A DNA stretch of 64,000 bases from contig CAYILR010000003.1 in NCBI GenBank assembly GCA_964364175.1, forward strand, positions 64,097 to 128,096, written 5' to 3'. Source of the DNA: an uncultured Bacteriovoracaceae bacterium. Its GTDB lineage: Bacteria; Bdellovibrionota; UBA1018. This document shows, piece after piece, positions 27,415 through 36,881 of the stretch; within the stretch, counting starts at the first letter, position 1, and each line of letters starts with the position of its first letter. The translations under genes were made by a program, and so were the position numbers. The notes under the pieces are model-generated. The model was not told where the DNA came from, made no database searches, and saw only the letters and a list, made by a program, of their open reading frames with translations.

Positions 27415-28641
27415 CTAGTCTTTCCGACACTCAAGACTCTCAGCCCAAGTCTCCACATCATTCGAAAAATGATCGCTATCCAAAACCTGGGAGAGTGCTT
27501 TGACCCATTCCGGACGATCGAAAAACAATCCGAACTCCCGATTGTTACTCAATGCAGACGTTGACCCATTCACGGAACCAACCCAGGCTTTCTCGTGATC
27601 AACGACGATCGCCTTGGCATGCATGTAACCCGGTTTTGCATTGATCTTAAATTTTGCTGGAAACATCCGGAGCGAAATTCCAATCTCAAGCGACGAAAAA
27701 AGAGTCCTGGCTGCTACAGTCTCTCGCTCTGTCGGTCTGCCGAAGCTGCACACCGACGCCAACGTGGCTCTCACTTGAACACCCCGAGTCGCTGCATCCG
27801 TCAATGCACGATTCAAGCGTGCATCCTTGAGATACTGATTTTCAATTTGGATTGTTTTTTTTGCGGACTGAATCAATTGAGTCAAAGGTTCTAATGAAAA
27901 TGGGCTCACCGTCAATTTGTCCCTCGGACCCTCATCCAGCAGTTTTTTAAGATCCCATTTCGCCCCCAGAAGATCGTTTTCAAAAACAGTCTGCAACGTT
28001 TGCACGACTTCGGGGTCATCTTGAATCATTGTGAAATCCCGATTGCACTTGCTGGGATTCCAAAACTGATTGCATAAATTACTGCTATTGAAATTTCCAG
28101 TGCTCACTAAAACAGTTTTTCGATCCGCGATCACCATTTTGCCATGCATGAAGCAAGGCTTTCGGGAATCGGCACAAAGTTCGATTTTATTAAATGGCAC
28201 GTAGCTGCCGCCATGATCGAGGATTTCTTGTTTCAGAGCCTTCTCGTCCCTGCATTTTTTTTCATCCTCGGATTCAATCGGAGAAAAGATCTTGCAAGGA
28301 TTCCCCAGCGGAGCAGGATCCTTGATCACTCGGACTCGCACATTCCTGGCCATTGCATTTCTCAGAAAATATTTTACATCCTCGTCCGACATTTCATAAA
28401 TTTCGATATCGAGAGTTTCCTTTGCCCCATGGATCACATCCAAAAGTGGGCTGCCGTCGGCATTGTTATAAAATCCTGCGGGAGGAAGCGTGCTTGAATT
28501 GGGAATCGAAGAGGGCGACGAAGAAACCGACGGATCGGGCTGGTGTGAGTCGGGATGAGAGTTCTTGCGACACCCCTGCACCAAACACAATTGGATCCCG
28601 ATCAACCCTAAGACTACCGCAAACCTTTTTTGATTATACAC
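27415..28641 (-). CDS. Phospholipase D-family lipoprotein (two HKD motifs)
   Basis: Lipoprotein-like signal ...LCLVQGC. HKD motifs FMHGKMVIADRKTVLVSTGN and YMHAKAIVVDHEKAWVGSVNGS. Confidence 0.85.
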   Translation of the reverse strand: MYNQKRFAVVLGLIGIQLCLVQGCRKNSHPDSHQPDPSVSSSPSSIPNSSTLPPAGFYNNADGSPLLDVIHGAKETLDIEIYEMSDEDVKYFLRNAMARNVRVRVIKDPAPLGNPCKIFSPIESEDEKKCRDEKALKQEILDHGGSYVPFNKIELCADSRKPCFMHGKMVIADRKTVLVSTGNFNSSNLCNQFWNPSKCNRDFTMIQDDPEVVQTLQTVFENDLLGAKWDLKKLLDEGPRDKLTVSPFSLEPLTQLIQSAKKTIQIENQYLKDARLNRALTDAATRGVQVRATLASVCSFGRPTERETVAARTLFSSLEIGISLRMFPAKFKINAKPGYMHAKAIVVDHEKAWVGSVNGSTSALSNNREFGLFFDRPEWVKALSQVLDSDHFSNDVETWAESLECRKD

Positions 28642-28699
28642 GACTGATTTTATACACTATTTAATTAAATAAATATAGTATAAAATAATCGTTTTATAT

Positions 28700-29590
28700 T
28701 CAGTGTTTCAAATTATGCGTGCCGATTTTTTCGCCGGCTCGAATAGCAACCGCAATCGGCTTTCCGGGAACCCTCACGCAATTATAGTGCTTCGAAAATG
28801 CGCAAAACGGCTGATAAGCATGGTTCAGATCCACAACTAAATTCATTTCACCTAACGCATTTTCTAGGTTTTGAGGGGTCTTAAATTCAGCATCTACGTA
28901 CCTGCCCCCTCCGTAAGTCTCAGCACCGTTCGTGGGATCTTTGAAGGGAACAAAAATCTCTTTGACTAACTTGAGTTCGTCTTCAGCCACATAAGCTGGC
29001 AAACGAACTTCCTTCCCATCCATTCGAAACATCACTTCCCCCACAGCCCAAAATTCCTGTGTCCGCTCTCTGACCGTAGTGAAAGTGAATTTCTTGTAGG
29101 GTTTCACCAAGATTAACTTCGCCTCGACCGCAGCATTCGCAGAGTAGGGATAAAATTCTAATTTTTTGAAGCTCTTCAGCATCGGGTGGGACGGGTCGTG
29201 AATTTTGATCCGAACCTCGGTCGAAGAAATGCTCTGGCCGGCGATCCAAAGACCGCTGTCCAGCTTCATTTTTTTGACGGGCAGTAAATCCTGCGCAAGA
29301 GACTTGCCTGATTGGCTTTGAAGAGAGATTTTCTGGCCGTCGAAGCTGGCCGAAACCCAAGCTCCGCTTTTTGGCTTCTCGGGATCCCATTTTCGCGAGG
29401 TCCCAAAATAAGCGGTCTCACCTTTTTTTAAATAAGCCGCGTCCACTACTGAGAGTGGAGAAATTTCATGCGACCGCATTTTGGCATCATAGTCCTGGAG
29501 CATTTTTTTCCAGGCTGGCACATCAGACGCAAAAACCAACGTTTCCGAAAGCATCAGACAGATCCATGCCAAATTTCTTACTTTCGTCAT
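28700..29590 (-). CDS. DUF1684-family secreted protein
   Basis: Signal peptide. C-terminal ...YGGGRYVDAEF...VDLNHAYQPFCAFSKHYNCVRVPGKPIAVAIRAGEK matches the DUF1684 signature (YGGGRY...DFN.AYNPPCA). Confidence 0.7.
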   Translation of the reverse strand: MTKVRNLAWICLMLSETLVFASDVPAWKKMLQDYDAKMRSHEISPLSVVDAAYLKKGETAYFGTSRKWDPEKPKSGAWVSASFDGQKISLQSQSGKSLAQDLLPVKKMKLDSGLWIAGQSISSTEVRIKIHDPSHPMLKSFKKLEFYPYSANAAVEAKLILVKPYKKFTFTTVRERTQEFWAVGEVMFRMDGKEVRLPAYVAEDELKLVKEIFVPFKDPTNGAETYGGGRYVDAEFKTPQNLENALGEMNLVVDLNHAYQPFCAFSKHYNCVRVPGKPIAVAIRAGEKIGTHNLKH

Positions 29591-29692
29591 GCAGAATTGC
29601 CTATCGATTTGATTTTAGCGTGTCAATTGAATTGCCTTTTAGCTGGGCTCGTGTTGAATTGAAATTACACGCAGCGAGAGGGAATGTTCAAA

Positions 29693-30628
29693 ATGAAAAA
29701 AATAGCCATCGCTAGTTTTTTGCTCGTCTTTTCTGGATTCATTGCGTGGGGAGATGTCCCTCTTTTCTCTGAAATCACACAGCCTTCTGTTGCCACTCTC
29801 AAAACCAGAGTCATGACCTACAACATCCTTTGCCGCCGCTGCTACAAGGGCCCCTACGAAGAATGGAGTTTGCGGATCAAGCATCTCCAGGAAACTGTTG
29901 TTCTTGCTCATGCTGACCTGGTCGGACTCCAAGAACTAGGCAGCTGGAATGATGTTCAAGATTTTCAATCGGTTTTGCCGAATCACAAGCCTGTGGTTTT
30001 TGAAAACGCATCCCTCAACCGATATGATGCTGTTTTTTTCTACTATGCAGATCGCTTTACCCTGATTCAGCAAGGGGGGTTCTGGCTCTCCAAGCATCCT
30101 TATAGCGGTGGACTCAGAAACTGGAACATTCCCAGCATGCCCAGACACCTGAACTGGGCGCTCCTTGAGGAGAAGGAAACTGGCAAGCGATTCATTTTTT
30201 CAAATACGCATTTCGACAACAATATCCCCAATCAGGAAAAAAGCGCTGAACTGGTAATCCGAGAATTTTCACAGCGTTTTAAAAATATTCCCATTATTTT
30301 CGCTGGAGACATGAACTCCTCTCCAGAGACCGAAGCCTACAAAAAACTGTCGGCGACCTACTCGGATATTAAACTCGAAAACACTTTTTCTCTCTCCCAC
30401 GTCAGAGCTGCCGCTGAACCGGCCCATGCAGAATCCGCTGGTGTACCAGACAACATCGATCATGTTTTTGTGGGCAATGCTAGCTTCAGGGTCACATCAT
30501 GGGCTCAGTGGAGAAACTCTTATCGGTCCGACCGAGGGGTAGAAATGATGCCCTCAGACCACCTACCCATCATAGTGGAACTCGAATTTCAATTTGACAA
30601 TCCAAGTCATTTTGGTGTCACTGAGTAG
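29693..30628 (+). CDS. Secreted endonuclease/exonuclease/phosphatase (EEP) family protein
   Basis: Start at the ATG at 29693 (MKKIAIASFLLVFSGFIAWG) with SD GAGGGAA. EEP motifs (MTYNIL..., GLQEL, NTHFD, SDHLPI). Confidence 0.8.
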   Translation: MKKIAIASFLLVFSGFIAWGDVPLFSEITQPSVATLKTRVMTYNILCRRCYKGPYEEWSLRIKHLQETVVLAHADLVGLQELGSWNDVQDFQSVLPNHKPVVFENASLNRYDAVFFYYADRFTLIQQGGFWLSKHPYSGGLRNWNIPSMPRHLNWALLEEKETGKRFIFSNTHFDNNIPNQEKSAELVIREFSQRFKNIPIIFAGDMNSSPETEAYKKLSATYSDIKLENTFSLSHVRAAAEPAHAESAGVPDNIDHVFVGNASFRVTSWAQWRNSYRSDRGVEMMPSDHLPIIVELEFQFDNPSHFGVTE

Positions 30629-30667
30629 ATTCTAGACCCCGCCTCGGGTCTTTGTTATCTTTGCAAG

Positions 30668-31744
30668 ATGAGTCTCAAGGAATCTGCAAAACAAAACATA
30701 GGCGAGTTATTTGTCACAGGATTTGAAGGCGTTGAACTGCCGCTGAGCACAGCCGAATGGATACGCGAAACTCGCATCGGTGGCGTGCTTCTTTTTGCAC
30801 CCAATTACGAAAGTCCCGCTCAAGTCGCTGAACTCATCAACGATGTTCAAAAGCAGCGCTACGACTTCCCGATGTGGATCTCCGTGGATCACGAGGGAGC
30901 ACGGGTTCAGCGTTTTCGAAAACCTTTCACGAAAATTCCGGAGATGGCAGAGATCGGGAAACACGACTCCCCAAAACTCGCTTTCGAAATCGCAAGCCTC
31001 ATGGCACAGGAAGTGAAAGCGGTTGGAATCAATTTGAACTTCTCTCCTGTCGCGGACATTCACACGAATCCGAAGAACCCGGTCATCGGCCCTCGCGCAT
31101 TTGGACGAGACGAAGAAACAGTTTCAAAAATGGTTTCTGCGTTCGTTCGAGGACACCTCACTCACGGCGTTCAACCTTGCGTGAAGCACTTTCCGGGCCA
31201 CGGCGACACGACTGCGGATTCGCACTTTGCTTTGCCTCGCGTGGACACGCCGCTCGAGTTGCTCAAAAAACGAGAAATTGTCCCGTTTGCGAAGGGCTTC
31301 AAGGCAGGGTGCAATTTTGTCATGACCGCACACATCATCAACCCCCACTTGGACAAGGATTATCCGGCAACGTTGTCCAAAGTGACCATTCAAAGTCTAT
31401 TGAGAGACGAACTCCGATTCAAGGGCCTGATCATCAGCGATGATTTAGAAATGAAAGCCATCGCCGACCACTTTGGTGCAGAAGACGCTCCACGAATGGC
31501 GTTGCAAGCAGGATGCGATCTGCTGATCTACAAAACCGACGTAGCGGCACGTGTGGGTCACGCGGCCTTGGTCAAAGCCATCGATTCGGGAGAGCTCGAT
31601 GCAGCCGACATCATGGACAAGATCACTCGATCCCGCGCGCTGAAGAAGAAATCGCTATTTCCGTATCTCCCCGTCGTGATCGCCGACGTTGGAAAGTCGA
31701 TTGGGTTGCCTGAATCACAGAAGCTCGTAGAACAGATTGCTTAA
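30668..31744 (+). CDS. nagZ: Beta-N-acetylhexosaminidase (GH3)
   Basis: GH3 N-terminal domain motifs (KHFPGHGDTTADSH, ...ISDDLEMKA...). Confidence 0.9.
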   Translation: MSLKESAKQNIGELFVTGFEGVELPLSTAEWIRETRIGGVLLFAPNYESPAQVAELINDVQKQRYDFPMWISVDHEGARVQRFRKPFTKIPEMAEIGKHDSPKLAFEIASLMAQEVKAVGINLNFSPVADIHTNPKNPVIGPRAFGRDEETVSKMVSAFVRGHLTHGVQPCVKHFPGHGDTTADSHFALPRVDTPLELLKKREIVPFAKGFKAGCNFVMTAHIINPHLDKDYPATLSKVTIQSLLRDELRFKGLIISDDLEMKAIADHFGAEDAPRMALQAGCDLLIYKTDVAARVGHAALVKAIDSGELDAADIMDKITRSRALKKKSLFPYLPVVIADVGKSIGLPESQKLVEQIA

Positions 31745-31748
31745 TCCA

Positions 31749-31864
31749 AGGGATCTCCAGTTTTTTCTCACTCGGTACGCCGCTTTGCTCGTCGTGAGCC
31801 ACGCTTAAGCGACTTCCAGTCGCCGCGTGGAGCGGGTACCGAGCGAAAAAAACTGAAGATCCCT
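31749..31864 (+). repeat. MITE-like element: ~30-bp terminal inverted repeats around a 56-bp internally palindromic core
   Basis: AGGGATCTCCAGTTTTTTCTCACTCGGTAC ... GGTACCGAGCGAAAAAAACTGAAGATCCCT (27/30 complementary). The core contains GCTTAAGC and GCGAC-N5-GTCGC palindromes. Lies directly after the nagZ stop. Confidence 0.55.
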
Positions 31865-31910
31865 GAAATCATGCTTCATTCTGATCAAATCCCAGATCAC
31901 AGGTTCGTTC

Positions 31911-32005
31911 GATTTTTTTTGTTTCGGGTACTCGCTCCACGCCAGCCGGAGGCGATAGGCGTGAGGGCAGGATGCCCGCAGCGACGTACCCGGAATAAAA
32001 AAAGT
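31911..32005 (+). repeat. Palindromic intergenic repeat, family 2, copy 1
   Basis: ...GGGTACTCGCTCCACGCCAGCCGGAGGCGATAGGCGTGAGGGCAGGATGCCCGCAGCGACGTACCCGGAA... is about 85% identical to 40792-40890. Located in a convergent intergenic gap. Confidence 0.6.
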
Positions 32006-32028
32006 CGAATGAGCTTGTGACTGACTGT

Positions 32029-33585
32029 TTAAACTCCAACTTCCCTGTACAACCCAAATACATCCCGCAAAGTATCGGAAATTTCGCCCAGTGTGGCGCC
32101 GGCTTTCACTGACTGGAGAATCACCGCCTGCAAGTTCTCCTCCGACTCTGCAGCAGCTTTCAGCAAGCGCAGCGAATCCTCAGTCGCGCCCTGTGAGCGT
32201 TTGGCTCGGTAAGCTTTCACGCGCTCTACCGATGATCGTTCGAGCTCTGGGGAAATTTTCATGACCTCGGCTTTTGCGGCAGCGCCCGTTTCGGCATAGC
32301 AATTCACGCCCACCACTTGGATCTCGCCTCGATCAATGGCCTGCTGATCCGCATAGGCTGAATTTGCAATTTCGCCTTGGATGAATCCGTTTTCGATGCA
32401 ACGAACGGTGCCACCCTTTTGATCAATTTGTTCGAGATACTCCCAAGCACGTTTCTCGAGTTCATCCGTCAGTGTCTCGACAAACACGCTCCCCCCCAAC
32501 GGATCGACGGTTTGGATGACGTTTGTTTCCGAAGCAATCACTTGCTGTGTTTTCAACGCGATCCGTGCTGATTCTTCAGTGGGCAATCCCAGGGCTTCGT
32601 CCATTGAGTTTGTATGTAATGACTGTGTACCGCCCAACACTGCCGCCATCGCTTGCAAAGCCACGCGCACGATGTTGTTCTGAGGTTGTTGCGCCGTCAG
32701 CGTGGATCCTGCCGTCTGCGAATGAAATCTCAGCATCCAGCTTTTGGGGTCCTTCGCTCCAAATCGCTCTTTCATGATCTGGGCCCAGATTCTTCGTGCC
32801 GCGCGGAACTTCGCGATCTCTTCGAAAAAATCATTGTGCACATTGAAAAAGAAAGAAAGCTGCCCCGCAAATTCATCTACTTTCAAACCTTGCTTCACTG
32901 CTGCATCGACATACGCAATCGCGTCAGCAAAAGTGAATGCGAGTTCCTGCACAGCCGTCGATCCTGCCTCGCGAATGTGGTAGCCAGAAATGCTAATGGG
33001 ATTCCATTTTGGTGTATGCTCCGCGCACCAAGCAAACATGTCCGTCGTCAATTTCAGCGCACCCACTGCTGGATAAATATAATTTCCGCGCGCGATGTAC
33101 TCCTTCAATATGTCATTCTGGACAGTGCCTCGCAATTCGCTGACCTTGACTCCCTGCTCCTCCGCGATCGCAACATAGAATGCGAGCAGGATCGAAGCCG
33201 TTGCGTTGATTGTCATCGAAGTTGAAACTTTCGCTAGATCGATTCCTCGAAACAACACACGCATTTCATCTAGGTTAGAAATCGAAACCCCCACACGTCC
33301 TACTTCTCCCTTGGAGCGCGCATGGTCTGGATCGTATCCCAATTGAGTCGGCAAATCGAAAGCCACCGAAAGGCCCTTGGTTCCCTGCGACAGCAGGTAA
33401 TGGTATCGCTTGTTAGACTCCTCAGCCGTTCCAAACCCAGCGTACTGGCGCATCGTCCATAAACGGCCGCGATACATGTTTTTTTGCACGCCTCGTGTGT
33501 AAGGGTACTGGCCGGGCTCGCCTGGGCCGTACTTTTCTTGGACTTCAATTCCTGAGCGAGTATTAAATTTTTTTTCAGAGCCCAT
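32029..33585 (-). CDS. Methylmalonyl-CoA mutase family, catalytic (N-terminal TIM-barrel) subunit without B12-binding domain
   Basis: 518 aa. Typical MCM substrate-binding domain (…[16 protein letters not shown]…, …[21 protein letters not shown]…). Confidence 0.9.
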   Translation of the reverse strand: MGSEKKFNTRSGIEVQEKYGPGEPGQYPYTRGVQKNMYRGRLWTMRQYAGFGTAEESNKRYHYLLSQGTKGLSVAFDLPTQLGYDPDHARSKGEVGRVGVSISNLDEMRVLFRGIDLAKVSTSMTINATASILLAFYVAIAEEQGVKVSELRGTVQNDILKEYIARGNYIYPAVGALKLTTDMFAWCAEHTPKWNPISISGYHIREAGSTAVQELAFTFADAIAYVDAAVKQGLKVDEFAGQLSFFFNVHNDFFEEIAKFRAARRIWAQIMKERFGAKDPKSWMLRFHSQTAGSTLTAQQPQNNIVRVALQAMAAVLGGTQSLHTNSMDEALGLPTEESARIALKTQQVIASETNVIQTVDPLGGSVFVETLTDELEKRAWEYLEQIDQKGGTVRCIENGFIQGEIANSAYADQQAIDRGEIQVVGVNCYAETGAAAKAEVMKISPELERSSVERVKAYRAKRSQGATEDSLRLLKAAAESEENLQAVILQSVKAGATLGEISDTLRDVFGLYREVGV

Positions 33586-34468
33586 ATTTATTTCTAAAGT
33601 AAGTATTAATCAAATCAATTTCAGATTGACTCAACAGTCGGGTCCAAATCAATACTTCTGAAATGTATCCGTTCATATAATTTGAGCCGTCATACCCCAA
33701 CATAAAATCTCCTGACAAATTAATAGAACTACCCACTGAAGTCGTCGACTGAGCTCCTAAACCAGAAATATCCAGCGTCAAGTTCGTGCTTGTGCTGTCC
33801 CAAGTCGTTCTAAAAATGTGAAAATTCGAATCTAAATTAATGGTTGGAACCGCATAACTTGCTCCCCTACAAAGTCCGGCTTGCGTGAACGTCGTAGCTC
33901 CTCCTAGAAACATCGAATCATAAGTCGCACAGGTAATATTAGCGGGAAAATTCGAATTCATCCAATAAATGCCAGTACCCGCTAACTGGCTTTTTGCAAT
34001 CACGAACGACGTAAAACCAGTCACAGTCGTACTCAAACCCGAGGCAGCCTGAGCAACAAATTTATCGATTGCAGCATCAAAGTGAACAGCCGGCGTAGAA
34101 TTTGGGCCCGCAGAAGTATAGTAAACAGGAGTACTCACAGGAGTCAGAGCACCCAACGAAGAATCGACAGCATTATTCCATGCCAGTGTAATCGTCTGTC
34201 CATAGTCCATACCCTGAGTTCCAAAGTACTCAGCACGATACCACGCCACCAAACCAGAAATTTGATTGGGACTAAACGGAAGCGCACTACTTGCAGAAGG
34301 AGCTGGAGTGACCGTAGGCGATGTAGACACAGATGCCTTCGGCGAAGAAATCGTCTTATCCGTATCCAACCCTTTTCCGCACCGATTGAGCGCAATTGGC
34401 GTAACCACAATAGATGCTGCAATCAACCCCACTAGGGCATTTCTTTTTTTTAGTATTTTATCCTTCAT
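33575..34468 (-). CDS. LamG-like (concanavalin A-like lectin/glucanase fold) secreted or lipoprotein, tandem paralog 1 of 3
   Basis: N-terminal hydrophobic segment then the conserved ...[15 protein letters not shown]-terminal ...[31 protein letters not shown] resembles the Laminin_G_3 signature (lDEvriynraLs..EI). Confidence 0.8.
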   Translation of the reverse strand: MKDKILKKRNALVGLIAASIVVTPIALNRCGKGLDTDKTISSPKASVSTSPTVTPAPSASSALPFSPNQISGLVAWYRAEYFGTQGMDYGQTITLAWNNAVDSSLGALTPVSTPVYYTSAGPNSTPAVHFDAAIDKFVAQAASGLSTTVTGFTSFVIAKSQLAGTGIYWMNSNFPANITCATYDSMFLGGATTFTQAGLCRGASYAVPTINLDSNFHIFRTTWDSTSTNLTLDISGLGAQSTTSVGSSINLSGDFMLGYDGSNYMNGYISEVLIWTRLLSQSEIDLINTYFRNKYGL

Positions 34469-34489
34469 CTTAAATCACTTTGACTCGGT

Positions 34490-35416
34490 CTACAGTCCAT
34501 ACTTATCTCTAAAATAAGTGTTCATCGTGTTGATCTCCGATTGGTCCAACGTTCTCAACCAAATCAGCACCTCTGCAATATCTCCGTTCATCGTATTTGA
34601 GCCGTCAAAGCCAACGATAAAGTCCCCCGACAAATTCACTGGACCGGGATTGGTAACAATCGACTGAGCACTCGATCCCGAAACTTCAAGCACAAGGTAG
34701 GTACTCGAATTCTCCCAAGTCACCTTAAAAAGATGAAATCCATTATCCAAATTAATAGTCGGACTATTGAAATTTACAGCTCTGCAATAACCTGCTCGTA
34801 TTAATGTTGTACCCCCTCCTAATATCATCGAATCATCAGTAGGAAGAGCAATTGCTGGGCCACCTGGAAACAAAGAGCTCATCCAATAAAGACCGCTTCC
34901 TGTTCCTACAGCATTTTTTGCAACAACATATCCTGTAAAACCAGTCACAGATGTACTTAGGCCAGACGCATTTTGAGACGTAAATTTATCGGGACCGGCG
35001 CTATTGAACCGAACAGCAGGTTTTTGGTTCGGACCACTCGACTGATAAAACGTGGGATTCCCTGACGCGATGAGAGCCCCTAGAGTAGAACTAGCGGCAT
35101 TTGGCCAAGTAGCACCTGCCAGAGATGCTCCATCCTGAACCGCATGCTCTGCAAAATATTCAGCTCTAAACCATGCCACCAGCCCAGGAATTTTCGTCGG
35201 ATTAAACGGGCTCTCGACACTGACCGAAGGTGTCGGGGTCACTGATGGTTTAACGGACACAGTCGTCGATGGCGAAGTCAGCGTCTTGTCTGTATCCAAC
35301 CCTTTTCCACATCGATTCAACGCAAGAGGAGTCACTGCAACCACCAAGGCAATCATCCCCACCAAAGCATTTCGCTTCTGCAAAACCTTGCTGCGGATTT
35401 TCTGCATCTTCGTCAT
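34490..35416 (-). CDS. LamG-like secreted or lipoprotein, tandem paralog 2 of 3
   Basis: Same architecture: ...[15 protein letters not shown]..., C-terminal GDIAEVLIWLRTLDQSEINTMNTYFRDKYGL. Confidence 0.8.
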   Translation of the reverse strand: MTKMQKIRSKVLQKRNALVGMIALVVAVTPLALNRCGKGLDTDKTLTSPSTTVSVKPSVTPTPSVSVESPFNPTKIPGLVAWFRAEYFAEHAVQDGASLAGATWPNAASSTLGALIASGNPTFYQSSGPNQKPAVRFNSAGPDKFTSQNASGLSTSVTGFTGYVVAKNAVGTGSGLYWMSSLFPGGPAIALPTDDSMILGGGTTLIRAGYCRAVNFNSPTINLDNGFHLFKVTWENSSTYLVLEVSGSSAQSIVTNPGPVNLSGDFIVGFDGSNTMNGDIAEVLIWLRTLDQSEINTMNTYFRDKYGL

Positions 35417-36306
35417 AGCGCGTATTTTTTCTTGAGATAGTCGAGCACGTAGTTTTGCTCACCCCAATCCAATGCCCTCGGGTACGCGATCAATTCAGCA
35501 ATATCTCCAGTCAAAGCAGAACTATAATCCCACCCCAAATACACTGCTCCAGACAAATCCAATGGACCTGCGATTCCACTGGCTATCGTACCTGATGGAC
35601 CTCCGTAGATTGACGCATATAACTCAGTGCCTGACGATAATGGATTCCATACGCCGATAAAAATATGAAAATTAGCATCCGTCACTAAACCAGGCATTGC
35701 AGTAAAATTAGCCGGAGCTGCCTCACTCACCTCAGTTTCAATAGCACCAGTGGCTCCTGTAAATCGAAAAAAATCTGTCGAATTCGCTGTCAAGGCAACC
35801 CCGCCTGCAACACCAAAAAAAGCTCCCGGACCTGCATTCTTTTTTCCAACAACAAACAAAGTCACACCCGGAGCAGCACTGCTAAATCCCGCCGTTCCGG
35901 TATTTGCGAAATAAGTACCATTCAAAGAAACACAAGGCCGAGCATTCGGCGCAGAAGCAGAACGGTAATTGATCGCTGCTGTATTCGCCGCTACCACAGG
36001 AGTGCCATCCCCAGTCGCAGCATTCGGCCATCCGATTCCCACACCGATAGTTTGTCCATCCGTATACCCCTGCCCACCAAAATACTCCGCTTTGTACCAG
36101 AGTCTCAAATTGGCAACTTTATCCGGACTCGCATCCGTAGGCAGGACACTATACGAGGGAGTAACATTCGGCCCATTACTCTTGGCCCCTGCATAACCCA
36201 CCTTCAACGTCTTATCCGTATCCAAACCCGCCCCACACCGCTGCATCGCCAACGGCGCCGACACTACCAAAACCGCCACCAGAAAAAACAAACTCTGCTT
36301 TCTCAT
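35413..36306 (-). CDS. LamG-like secreted or lipoprotein, tandem paralog 3 of 3 (most divergent)
   Basis: ...LAMQRCGAGLDTDKT..., C-terminal GDIAELIAYPRALDWGEQNYVLDYLKKKYAL. 4-bp overlap with paralog 2. Confidence 0.8.
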   Translation of the reverse strand: MRKQSLFFLVAVLVVSAPLAMQRCGAGLDTDKTLKVGYAGAKSNGPNVTPSYSVLPTDASPDKVANLRLWYKAEYFGGQGYTDGQTIGVGIGWPNAATGDGTPVVAANTAAINYRSASAPNARPCVSLNGTYFANTGTAGFSSAAPGVTLFVVGKKNAGPGAFFGVAGGVALTANSTDFFRFTGATGAIETEVSEAAPANFTAMPGLVTDANFHIFIGVWNPLSSGTELYASIYGGPSGTIASGIAGPLDLSGAVYLGWDYSSALTGDIAELIAYPRALDWGEQNYVLDYLKKKYAL

Positions 36307-36335
36307 TTTTCTCTCACCTCGTCCGAACCCAAAAT

Positions 36336-36881
36336 CTATTCCAAAATCAACAGATCTGCCCCGCTATCCACAGCCTGCCCTTCGACAACTTTTACTTCCT
36401 TCACACGGCCCATTCCTAGAGCACGGATCTCATTCTCCATCTTCATGGCTTCCATGACAATCAAAGGTTGGTCTTTTTGAATTTCCTGCCCGACTTTGAC
36501 CATCACACGCACGATTTTCCCAGGCATCTGCGCACGGACTCGCGTGCCCTTTTTCTTCTGCTGCGATTGTTGAGCAGCACCCGCCTCAGCCTCACCCGCA
36601 TTCATCCAACGCAAATCGCGCCAAACCCGACTTCCCACCCGCTCCGTCAATGTCACGGTCGGTACACCATCATCATTTCGTTCGCGCATCCAATTCAAAA
36701 CCTGCACTCCGCTCGGTAGCTCAACCAAAATTCCTTCACCGTCGCGCTTCCAGCTAATCGTCCAAGGGCCTTGACCATCCACCATCACCGAAGCATGGCC
36801 TTCATTGCCCTGAGGAATACTCAGCCACTCGATCCGCTGAGATCCCACTTGCCCGCTCCATTTTGCCGAGACAGAATTCAT
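36336..36881 (-). CDS. Biotin carboxyl carrier protein (biotinyl domain) with an unusual ~110-aa N-terminal domain
   Basis: C-terminal ...PLIVMEAMKMENEIRA... biotinylation motif (EAMKM). 4-bp overlap with the upstream biotin carboxylase gene. Confidence 0.85.
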   Translation of the reverse strand: MNSVSAKWSGQVGSQRIEWLSIPQGNEGHASVMVDGQGPWTISWKRDGEGILVELPSGVQVLNWMRERNDDGVPTVTLTERVGSRVWRDLRWMNAGEAEAGAAQQSQQKKKGTRVRAQMPGKIVRVMVKVGQEIQKDQPLIVMEAMKMENEIRALGMGRVKEVKVVEGQAVDSGADLLILE

